DNA from: an uncultured Caulobacter sp.
Lineage (GTDB): Bacteria; Pseudomonadota; Alphaproteobacteria; Caulobacterales; Caulobacteraceae
Assembly (NCBI GenBank): GCA_966211605.1
Contig: CBIHOB010000010.1
Coordinates: 12,249 to 76,248 of the forward strand
Direction of reading: 5' to 3'
Length of the DNA stretch: 64,000 bases
Shown here piece by piece: positions 52,129 through 60,125 of the stretch. Under the pieces are notes generated by a model, which saw only the letters and a list, made by a program, of their open reading frames with translations, did not search any database and was not told the origin of the DNA. Numbering within the stretch: position 1 is the first letter of the stretch; every line of letters begins with the position of its first letter. The position numbers were made by a program, and so were the translations under genes.

Positions 52129-54213
52129 GTGGTGTATCGCAAGGAAGGGTTGCTCGAATACCTGGAGAGGCGAAATCGCCATCTTCTTGAAATCTGTCGC
52201 GCACAATCGAAGATTGTGGCGGCAGACTTCGATCTCGATGAATTCATGCGGATGTCGGTCAACCTGCTGCGCTCGGTTTTCGGGTCTGGCGGGGTCGTGG
52301 TCGAACTCGTGGATGGGGGCGAGATGGTCTATGTCGCCGTTGACGCCGACCACGCCGGCTATCAGGGCCTCAGGCTGTCCAGGGCGGCTTCGCTGTCGGG
52401 GCGGGCGGCGTCGGAAGGACAGCTGCTGCATTGCGCCGACGCCGAGGAGGATCCTCGCGTCGATCGTGAGGCGTGCGCCCGCATCGGTATCCGATCGATG
52501 GTCTGCGCGCCGCTGTTCCAGGACGGCCAGGCGGTGGGCGTGCTCAAGGCGTTCGACGCCAAGCCGCACGCCTTCGACCGCGACGACATCGAGACCGTCT
52601 CCCTGGTCGCCGAGACCTTGGGCGCGGCCCTGGCCAAGCAGATGCAGCACGGCGAGCGCGAGGGGCTGATGCTGGAACTGGCCATGGCTCGCGACGAGGC
52701 CGAGGCCGAGACCCGCCGCGCGCGCATGGCCGAGGCGATGGGCGGACTGGGCCGCTGGCGCTACGACTACCTGGCCAATCGCGCCGAGTGGTCCGACCAG
52801 ATGTATGACCTGCACGCCCTGCCGCGCGGCGTCGAGATCAACGCGGACCTGATCATGGCCATGGTCCACCCGGATGATGTCGACCGGGTGCGGACCCTCG
52901 TGCGCGAGCCCAGGCCGCTGGACGCCATCGGTCCCTTCATCGACTTTCGCCTGAAGCGGGCGGACGGCCAGGAGCGTCGCATGCAGGCCATGACCACCCT
53001 GGAGCTGGACGCCCAGGGGCGGCGCACGGCGGTGATGGGCGTGCTGCGCGACGTCACCGAGCAGCACGAGCGCGAGCGCGAGCTGAGCGAGGCCCGCCGC
53101 GTGGCCGAGGCGGCGGCGCGGACCAAGGCGGCTTTCCTGGCCAACATGACCCACGAGCTGCGCACGCCGTTGACCGCGGTGCTGGGCTTCGCGCGCCTGG
53201 TCGAGCGCCGCGCCGACGTCGGCGAGGAGAGCCAGGCCCTGGTCCGTCGCATCCTCAACGCCGGCGAAGCGCTGCTGCACACGATCAACGACCTTTTGGA
53301 CTTCTCCCGGCTGGAGGACGGCCAGGTCGAGATTCGGCCGCGGCCCGTGGCGGTGGCCGCCAGCGCCCGCCAGACCCTGGAGCTGCTGGCCGCTCAGGCC
53401 GGGGCCAAGCGGCTGGCGCTGCGGCTGACCATCGATCCGGCCACGCCCGAGCGGGCGCTGCTGGATCCAGATCGCGTCCGCCAGGTGCTGCTGAACCTGA
53501 CCGGCAACGCGGTGAAGTTCACCGACGCCGGGACGGTCGCCGTCGAGCTGGCGCCGTCGGTCGGCGGCGCGGCGCTGGTCTGGAGCGTGACCGACACCGG
53601 ACCTGGCATTTCGGCCGAGGGCGTCGAGCGCCTCTTCGTTCGCTTCTCGCAGGTCGAGGGCGGTGGAAACAGTGGCGGCGCGGGCCTTGGCCTGGCCATC
53701 TGCAAGGGTCTGGTCGACGCCATGGGCGGGACGATCGGCGTCGAGAGCGCGCCGGGGCGAGGGTCGCGCTTCTGGTTCTCGCTGCCGATGGTGGCGGCCG
53801 ACGCGGCGGAGGCGGTCGACGAGGAGGCGGTCGATGTCAACGGCCGCAGGGTGCTGGTCGCAGATGACAATCCCTCCAACCGTCTCCTGCTGCGCACCAT
53901 CCTGCAGGCCTTCGGCGTCGAGGTGGTCGAGGCCCGCGACGGCGACGAGGCGGTCGTTCTGGCGGGCGGCGGCGGATTCGACCTCATCCTGATGGACCTG
54001 CGCATGCCCGGCCTGGACGGGATCAGCGCCGCTCGCCGCATCCGCGACACGGCCGGGCGGCGCCGGACGCCGATTCTGGCCTTCTCGGCCGACCGCGATC
54101 CGCCGCTGGACGCGGGGCTGTTTCGCGGGGCCGTGCCCAAGCCGGTCGAGCCGGAAACCCTGCTGGCGGCCATGTCTCGGGCCTGGGCGCGAGGCGATGC
54201 GTTCAGGGAATAG
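52129..54213 (+). CDS. Hybrid sensor histidine kinase/response regulator (GAF, PAS, HisKA, HATPase_c, REC)
   Basis: 694 aa. The GAF-like N-terminus is followed by the H-box FLANMTHELRTPL, the N-box LLNLTGNAVKFT, the G-boxes DTGPGI / GAGLGLAICK and the REC RVLVADDNPSNR...LILMDLRMPGLDG. The start is uncertain (GTG 52129). Confidence 0.88.
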   Translation: MVYRKEGLLEYLERRNRHLLEICRAQSKIVAADFDLDEFMRMSVNLLRSVFGSGGVVVELVDGGEMVYVAVDADHAGYQGLRLSRAASLSGRAASEGQLLHCADAEEDPRVDREACARIGIRSMVCAPLFQDGQAVGVLKAFDAKPHAFDRDDIETVSLVAETLGAALAKQMQHGEREGLMLELAMARDEAEAETRRARMAEAMGGLGRWRYDYLANRAEWSDQMYDLHALPRGVEINADLIMAMVHPDDVDRVRTLVREPRPLDAIGPFIDFRLKRADGQERRMQAMTTLELDAQGRRTAVMGVLRDVTEQHERERELSEARRVAEAAARTKAAFLANMTHELRTPLTAVLGFARLVERRADVGEESQALVRRILNAGEALLHTINDLLDFSRLEDGQVEIRPRPVAVAASARQTLELLAAQAGAKRLALRLTIDPATPERALLDPDRVRQVLLNLTGNAVKFTDAGTVAVELAPSVGGAALVWSVTDTGPGISAEGVERLFVRFSQVEGGGNSGGAGLGLAICKGLVDAMGGTIGVESAPGRGSRFWFSLPMVAADAAEAVDEEAVDVNGRRVLVADDNPSNRLLLRTILQAFGVEVVEARDGDEAVVLAGGGGFDLILMDLRMPGLDGISAARRIRDTAGRRRTPILAFSADRDPPLDAGLFRGAVPKPVEPETLLAAMSRAWARGDAFRE

Positions 54214-54217
54214 TCCG

Positions 54218-54283
54218 TACGGTCCCGTATGGCTTGACACCCGTAATAGCGGGTATAGCGTCCCCCGTTGAATTACGGATGTA
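54218..54283 (+). promoter_or_regulatory. Putative autoregulated promoter/operator region of the BlaI-family gene (TAC-Nx-GTA palindromes plus TTGACA)
   Basis: TACGGTCCCGTA lies at 54218-54229. TTGACA lies at 54234-54239. The ACCCG/CGGGT inverted repeat lies at about 54239-54255. The cop-box-like TACGGATGTA lies at 54274-54283, 7 nt upstream of the ATG. Confidence 0.45.
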
Positions 54284-54289
54284 AGCGTC

Positions 54290-54655
54290 ATGCACATCAC
54301 CGCCGCCGAAGCTCACGTCATGGAAGCGCTCTGGAAGCGCCAGCCGCTGTCGGCCGACGAGCTGGTCGCCGAGGTCGGCGCCGCGCAGAATTGGGGCGAG
54401 GCCACTGTCAAGACGCTGATCAACCGCCTGCTGAAGAAGAAGGCGATCAAGTCCGAGCGTTCCGAGGGCAAGCACGGCTATCGGCCGCTGGTCGACCGCA
54501 GCGCCTATGTCCAGGCCGAGAGCCAGGGCCTGCTGGACCGCCTGTTCGACGGCCAGCTGGCCCCGCTGATCAGCCACTTCGCCCAGCACCGCCCGCTGAA
54601 GGCCGACGAAGTGGCCAAGCTGAAGAAGCTGATCGACGAGATGGGCGAGCGCTGA
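54290..54655 (+). CDS. BlaI/MecI/CopY-family transcriptional repressor
   Basis: 121 aa. The winged helix is EAHVMEALWKRQPLSADELVAEV...WGEATVKTLINRLLKKKAI...YRPLV. No BlaR1/M56 sensor gene is adjacent. Confidence 0.88.
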   Translation: MHITAAEAHVMEALWKRQPLSADELVAEVGAAQNWGEATVKTLINRLLKKKAIKSERSEGKHGYRPLVDRSAYVQAESQGLLDRLFDGQLAPLISHFAQHRPLKADEVAKLKKLIDEMGER

Positions 54656-54685
54656 GTTTTCTTCCGTAAGGGAAGATGGGATGTC

Positions 54686-56173
54686 TCAGGCCCGCATGGC
54701 CTTGGCTTCGGGCGTCTTGGTCCGCAGCGCTTTCGCCGCCACGTCCAGGCTCTGCACCGGCTTCACCGGCCTTTCCCCGTCCTCGCCCGGACCGGGACGC
54801 GCGCGCAGCGCCGCTACGAAGTTGTCGCGCCAGGCGGTGACGTCCTCGCGCGTGACATTGTCGAACAGGGCCTCCCAGCGGCGCTGGCGTTCCTTGAGGT
54901 CCATCGACAGCGCCCGCTCCAGGGCGTCGGAGATCTCTTCGGGGCTGTTGGGATTGACGATCAGGGCGTCCTTCATCTGTCGGGCGGCGCCGGCGAAGCG
55001 CGACAGGATCAGCACGCCCGGATCCTCGGGGTCCTGGGCGGCGACATATTCCTTGGCCACCAGGTTCATGCCGTCGCGCAGCGGCGTGACCAGCGCCGCC
55101 TTGGCGGCCCGGTAGACGCCGGCCAGCTCGTCACGGCGGTACGAGCGGTTCACGTAGCGGATCGGCGTGAAGTCCATCTCGGCATAGAGGCCGTTGATGC
55201 GCCCGATCAGGCCGTCCAGCCGTCCGCGCAGGTCCTGGTAGGCCTCGACCTCGTCCCGCGACAGCGGCGCGATCTGCAGCAGCATCACCTCGCGGACCAG
55301 GTCCGGATGGTCGTGCAGGAAGCGCTCGAAGCCGACCAGCCGCTCCTCCAGGCCCTTGGAATAGTCAAGGCGATCGACGCCCACGACCATCTTGCGAAAG
55401 ACGCTGTGGGCCATCATCCGGTCGTAGACCTTCCGCGCCGTGTCGCTCTCGACGATCTTGGCGAAGTCCTGGGCGTCGACGCCGATCGGGAACGCCGAGG
55501 CGTGCAGCCTGTGGCCGAAGGCCTGCAGCTCGCCGCGCTCGGTCTTGCTGCCGTGCACCTCGTTGAAGACGTAGCCCTCGAAGGCGTGCAGCGACTCCTC
55601 GGTCTGGAAGCCCAGCAGGTCGTAATGGAACAGCGCCTCCACCAGCGCCCGGTGGCGAGGCAAGGTGACCACCAGCTGATGGGCGGGCCAGGGGATGTGC
55701 AGGAAGAAGCCGATCCGGTTGGTCACGCCCATCCGCCGCAGTTCGCGCGCCAGGGGGATCAGGTGGTAGTCGTGGACCCAGACGATGTCGTCCGGCTCGA
55801 TCAGCGGCAGCAGGGTTTCGGCGAAACGCTTGTTGACCCGGTCATAGCCCTCGCCGAACGAGCGGTCGTAGGCCGTCAGGTCGACGCGATAGTGGAACAG
55901 CGGCCACAGGGTCTTGTTGGCGTAGCCGTTGTAGTACTCCTGGTAGTCGGTCTCCTCGAGATCGACGGTGGCGACCGTCACCCCCTCGATCTTCTGCATG
56001 TTTAGCTGGCCCGTGAACTCGGGGATGGTCTTGCCGCTCCAGCCGAACCAGATGCCCGAATATTCCCGCAGCGCCGCGGCCAGGGCCATGGCCAGGCCGC
56101 CGACCGAGCCTTCGCCGCCCTCCGCCGGATTCGGCGGATTCACGCGGTTCGAGACGACGATCAGCCGGCTCAT
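54686..56173 (-). CDS. otsA: Alpha,alpha-trehalose-phosphate synthase (UDP-forming)
   Basis: 495 aa from ATG 56173 (MSRLIVVSNRV...). GT20 motifs are present (WVHDYHL, FLHIPWP, RDGMNLVAKEY). The start overlaps the otsB stop (ATGA). Confidence 0.93.
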   Translation of the reverse strand: MSRLIVVSNRVNPPNPAEGGEGSVGGLAMALAAALREYSGIWFGWSGKTIPEFTGQLNMQKIEGVTVATVDLEETDYQEYYNGYANKTLWPLFHYRVDLTAYDRSFGEGYDRVNKRFAETLLPLIEPDDIVWVHDYHLIPLARELRRMGVTNRIGFFLHIPWPAHQLVVTLPRHRALVEALFHYDLLGFQTEESLHAFEGYVFNEVHGSKTERGELQAFGHRLHASAFPIGVDAQDFAKIVESDTARKVYDRMMAHSVFRKMVVGVDRLDYSKGLEERLVGFERFLHDHPDLVREVMLLQIAPLSRDEVEAYQDLRGRLDGLIGRINGLYAEMDFTPIRYVNRSYRRDELAGVYRAAKAALVTPLRDGMNLVAKEYVAAQDPEDPGVLILSRFAGAARQMKDALIVNPNSPEEISDALERALSMDLKERQRRWEALFDNVTREDVTAWRDNFVAALRARPGPGEDGERPVKPVQSLDVAAKALRTKTPEAKAMRA

Positions 56174-56964
56174 GCGGTGGCTCCCAGGACGCCGAGGGGC
56201 GCGCACAGGCCTTCCAGCCACTGGAAGACCGCCTGGGTGTTCTCCAGCCGATAGCGGGCCTGGGTCGGGCGGGCCTGGCCCACCAGGACGCCGAAGCCGC
56301 CCAGGCGCTTGGCGGCGGTGAAGCCGTCCTCGTCGGTCAGGTCGTCGCCGATGAACACCGGCGCGGCCCCGATGAACGGCGCCTCGCGCAGGAAGGCGCG
56401 CACCGCCGCGCCCTTGTCGGCGCCGGGCGTGCGCAGCTCGGCGACCATGTCGCCCAGTTGCAGGACCAGGCCGGTGGCCTGCGACAGCCGCTCGGCGGCC
56501 TCGATCACGGCCTCGGCGCAGGCCGGGGCGTTGCGATAGTGCAGGGCGACGGACAGGCCCTTGTCCTCGAACAGCAGGCCGCGCTCGCAGTGGGCCAGCT
56601 CGACCAGGATGCGACGCGCGTCGGCCAGGCCCTCGTGCGGTTCCCGGGCGACGATCGCACCATCGGCGGTCCGGCGCACCAGGCCGTGCACGGCGCCGAT
56701 CGCCGGCATGGCGCCGCCCAGGATGTAGTCCAGGTTCGGCAGGTCGCGGCCGCTGACCACGGCGACGCGGTCCTCGAACGCCTCCCGCAGACGGGCCAGC
56801 ATCCGCGCGCGGCGCGGGTCGGGACCGACGTCGTCGGGGCGCGGCATGATCGGCGCCAGGGTGCCGTCGAGATCGAGGAACAGCGCGCAGCGGCGCGGCA
56901 GGTCGAAGGGCGGGGGCGGGAGATCGACAGATTCCGGACGCGAGACCGTTTGAGCCGCGGTCAT
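56170..56964 (-). CDS. otsB: Trehalose-6-phosphate phosphatase
   Basis: 264 aa from ATG 56964, with GAGGGGG upstream. The HAD motif I is FLDLDGTLAP, and VSGR and GDDLTDEDGF are present. I rejected the tracked 5' extension. Confidence 0.9.
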   Translation of the reverse strand: MTAAQTVSRPESVDLPPPPFDLPRRCALFLDLDGTLAPIMPRPDDVGPDPRRARMLARLREAFEDRVAVVSGRDLPNLDYILGGAMPAIGAVHGLVRRTADGAIVAREPHEGLADARRILVELAHCERGLLFEDKGLSVALHYRNAPACAEAVIEAAERLSQATGLVLQLGDMVAELRTPGADKGAAVRAFLREAPFIGAAPVFIGDDLTDEDGFTAAKRLGGFGVLVGQARPTQARYRLENTQAVFQWLEGLCAPLGVLGATA

Positions 56965-57080
56965 GGCGAGAACCCCCTCATCAGTAAGCAACATGCGCCA
57001 AGAACGTCGGACGGCCGGGTTCGATCCCGCGATAAACTCAAGCTCACGGGTTTTTGCGCGTATCGTGAGGGGGCAGGCGG

Positions 57081-60005
57081 CTAGAACAGAAGCTTCCTGA
57101 CGCTGAACTGCAGCACCCGCCCGCGCGGATCCAGATAGTCGGGCTGATAGGTCACGGGCGTCACGCCGGTGGCGTCGCGGACCGTCTGCTGCTGGTCGAA
57201 CAGGTTGTTGACCGACAGGGTCAGTCGCGCGCCGCGCAGGATCGGATGCTTCTGGACCAGCTCGCGGCGCACGCCCAGGTCGGCGAACAGGCGCAGGTTG
57301 ATCGTCGCCAGGCTGGAGAAGTCCAGGTCCGTTCCGGCTCCGCCGGGCCCGGCCGTGACGTGCGTGCCGCTCTGCCAATTGGCCGACAGGCGCGCGCCCA
57401 GCCCATAGCGGGTGATCCCCGCCTGGGCCTCGACCTCGTGACGAGGCTGGCCGCCGCCCGAGCCGATCACGTCGCCGTTCAGCAGGTCCAGGGCCGGTAT
57501 GCCGCTGGCGACCGTCACCTGCTCCTTCAGGTGGATGGTGTGGAACAGCGCCAGCTGCAGGCGGGTGGCGCGCGGGTTGCCGCCGCCGCCGCCGAAGCCG
57601 CGGCCGCCGCCGCCGAAACCCCGCCCGCCGCCGAAGCCTTGGCCGCCAGCGCCGCCGCCGTTGAAGCCGGAGCGCTGGGTGTCGTCGCCGGGCGCCTGGG
57701 TCTGGGGCGGCTGCTGGCCGTTCTGATCGGCGCCCGCCTCGGTCGCGGCCCGCTGCGGACGATCACTGTCGCCGCCGGGCTGGCGCTGAAGCAGGTCCGC
57801 GCCGGGCGGAGCGTTCGAGTCGGGGCCTTGGCCGCCGCCCTGGCGGCCGCGCCAGCCGCCGGGCGGCGGGGTGGGCGCGGGGCCGAGCCGGCGGGAGAAG
57901 TTGAAGCCCCAGCGGATCTGCTCGCTCTCGCGCTTGGCGAAGTTGACCGCGCGCGTGTCGATGCGGGTCAGATTGCCGTCGGCGTCGCGGGTGAAGCGGT
58001 CGGGGAAGGCCGCCTCGACCGCCGCCGTGGCGGCCGGAAAACCGGCGACCGGGTTGTCGATCCGTACGCGGCTGTAGTTGGCGGTCAGCGACAGGCCCTG
58101 GATCTTCTCGGGCTTCCAGGTGGCGCCGAAGCGCAGGACGTTGCGGGTCTCGCCCTTCAGGTCGGGATTGCCGCCGGTGATGCGGGTGACGTCGATGCTG
58201 GCGCCGCGCACATAGTCGAAGACCTGGGCGTTGGGCGTGGTGATCAGCGGATTGCCCAGCTGGGCGATGCTGGGGGCGTTCTCCTGGCGGGTCGCCGAGA
58301 CGATGAAGCTGACCGGCTTGACCGGCGACCAGTTCAGCCCGCCGCCGATCGTGGTCAGGGTTCCGAAGTCCGAGACCTGGCGAACGGCCAGGTTCAGATT
58401 GGTCGAGAGGTCGCCGATCCCGGCCCGCACGCCCTTGCGCCGGCTGGCCAAGGGCAGGTCGAAGCTGACCTGGGCGTTCGCCTCGCCGCGCGACAGTTCG
58501 CTGTCGCTCTCGACGCCGGAGCGGATCGAGGTTCCCTCCAGGCGCGAGCCGGTCGCGCCCAGTTTCAGCGTCGTCGACAGGTCGCCCGCCTTGAACTTGG
58601 CCAGCGCCCCGTTGGCGACGAACTGCAGGTCGGCGCTGTCCGTGGTGGACCGGGCGCGGTCGGTGTTGACCCGCTGATCCTCAAGCGGCCCGAACGGGTT
58701 GAAGGTCGGGTCGAGGGCGATCAGCCGCGCCTGGGTGTTGGTCAGGTCGACGCTGCGGTCGGTCAGGGTCTTGTTGACCGCGTGGTCGTAGTTGCCGGTC
58801 AGCGACAGCCGCAGATCCTCGGTGTCGCGGTTCAGGGTGAAGCCCAGGTGGCCCGACAGGTTGTTCGAGGTCTGGCTCAGCGGCGCCTGGCCGCCGAGAT
58901 AGCGGAACAGGGCCACGTCCTGCCCGAACGGCGAATAGGGATCGGCGGCCGGGATCACCAGGCGTGCGCGGGCCGGCCCCAGCAGGGCGTCGCTCTGCGA
59001 GGCCGTGGCGCCCAGGTTCAACGTCGCCGAGACATTGTCGAGAATGTAGCGGTTGGTGACGCTGTTGATGCTGACCTGGCGACTGCGCGGCAGCAGGGTG
59101 CGGGTATCGGTGATGTCGCTGGCGTTGGCGCGGTTGGCGGTCGGCAGATAGGCGGCCAGGCCGGGCGTTCCGCTGGCGGCCGAGGCGGGGACGCCCGCCA
59201 CGGCCACCGGCGTGCCCGCCAGGGCGCTGAGGGCGGCCAGGTCGCCGCCGCCGAGCGGGGCGATGTTGCCTTCGAAATCGTAGAGGCCGCTGTTGGTGCG
59301 GCTGACCAGGTCGCGATCGCTCTCCAGCAGCTGGTCGCTGTTCTGGATCTTGATCGACAGGTTGCTGCGGCCCTGGCGGTTCAGTCGCAGTTGGCTCCAG
59401 CTTCCCTGTTCGCTGAGCTGGCCGCCGGCGGTCGAGCCGCCGATCGCTCCTTCGGCCGTCTGGGCGCGGAAGCGCTGGCGAAGCACGATGTTCACGACCT
59501 TCTGGTCGGCCGAGTAGCCGTACTTCAGCGCCACTTCCTCGGGCAGGATCTCCACGCGCTGGATGGCCTCGGTCGGGATGTCTCGGATTTCGCCCTGGCC
59601 GGAGATGCGGCGGCCGTTCAGCAGCACGACGGGATCGCCCCCCAGGCCGCTGGTGGTCTGGGGCGTCAGCTCCGTGAGCAGGTCCGCCATCGACGACACG
59701 CCGAACGAGCGCACGTCGGCGGCGCTGAAGGTCTCTTCGGGCGGAATATCGCCCAGCACGGCGCCATACGGCTTGCCGCTGGCGGTGATGGTGACGGCCT
59801 CGACCTCGGTGTCGAGATCTTCGGGCGTCACGGGCTTTTGCGCGGCGGGGGCGGGCCTGGACGCGGCCGTCGACTGGGCGGGGGACTTGGGCGTCTGGGC
59901 CGCGGCGCGCGGGGCAGGGGCGGGCGATTGCGCCTCCTGCGCGTGGGCGGCGCCGGCGGCGACACACCCCAGGAAACCGACCAGGGCCAGCTTGCGGCTC
60001 GTCAA
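57081..60005 (-). CDS. TonB-dependent receptor with a Gly/Gln/Pro-rich low-complexity insertion
   Basis: 974 aa. It has a signal peptide, a plug domain (VVLLNGRRISG...IQRVEILPEE..KYG), a long beta-barrel and a C-terminal aromatic residue (..SVRKLLF). A roughly 110-aa low-complexity insert is encoded at about 57565-57890. Confidence 0.9.
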   Translation of the reverse strand: MTSRKLALVGFLGCVAAGAAHAQEAQSPAPAPRAAAQTPKSPAQSTAASRPAPAAQKPVTPEDLDTEVEAVTITASGKPYGAVLGDIPPEETFSAADVRSFGVSSMADLLTELTPQTTSGLGGDPVVLLNGRRISGQGEIRDIPTEAIQRVEILPEEVALKYGYSADQKVVNIVLRQRFRAQTAEGAIGGSTAGGQLSEQGSWSQLRLNRQGRSNLSIKIQNSDQLLESDRDLVSRTNSGLYDFEGNIAPLGGGDLAALSALAGTPVAVAGVPASAASGTPGLAAYLPTANRANASDITDTRTLLPRSRQVSINSVTNRYILDNVSATLNLGATASQSDALLGPARARLVIPAADPYSPFGQDVALFRYLGGQAPLSQTSNNLSGHLGFTLNRDTEDLRLSLTGNYDHAVNKTLTDRSVDLTNTQARLIALDPTFNPFGPLEDQRVNTDRARSTTDSADLQFVANGALAKFKAGDLSTTLKLGATGSRLEGTSIRSGVESDSELSRGEANAQVSFDLPLASRRKGVRAGIGDLSTNLNLAVRQVSDFGTLTTIGGGLNWSPVKPVSFIVSATRQENAPSIAQLGNPLITTPNAQVFDYVRGASIDVTRITGGNPDLKGETRNVLRFGATWKPEKIQGLSLTANYSRVRIDNPVAGFPAATAAVEAAFPDRFTRDADGNLTRIDTRAVNFAKRESEQIRWGFNFSRRLGPAPTPPPGGWRGRQGGGQGPDSNAPPGADLLQRQPGGDSDRPQRAATEAGADQNGQQPPQTQAPGDDTQRSGFNGGGAGGQGFGGGRGFGGGGRGFGGGGGNPRATRLQLALFHTIHLKEQVTVASGIPALDLLNGDVIGSGGGQPRHEVEAQAGITRYGLGARLSANWQSGTHVTAGPGGAGTDLDFSSLATINLRLFADLGVRRELVQKHPILRGARLTLSVNNLFDQQQTVRDATGVTPVTYQPDYLDPRGRVLQFSVRKLLF

Positions 60006-60125
60006 GGAGCTTCTCCGAATTGTCTACGTCCCGCGTCCGCCGTTGCCTGCCCGATATGACGTCCAGATTTCAATCTTTGCCCAAGTTGCAACATCGAGGC
60101 GGTTCCCTGGGGGCTTTTGCCCGTC

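Noticed and set aside
57010-57035. tRNA T-arm-like sequence GGGTTCGATCCCG between otsB and the TonB-dependent receptor gene (a possible tRNA gene or att-site remnant)
   Set aside because: The flanks do not form a proper T-stem, acceptor stem or anticodon arm. No integrase or other mobile gene is nearby. It is probably a chance match.
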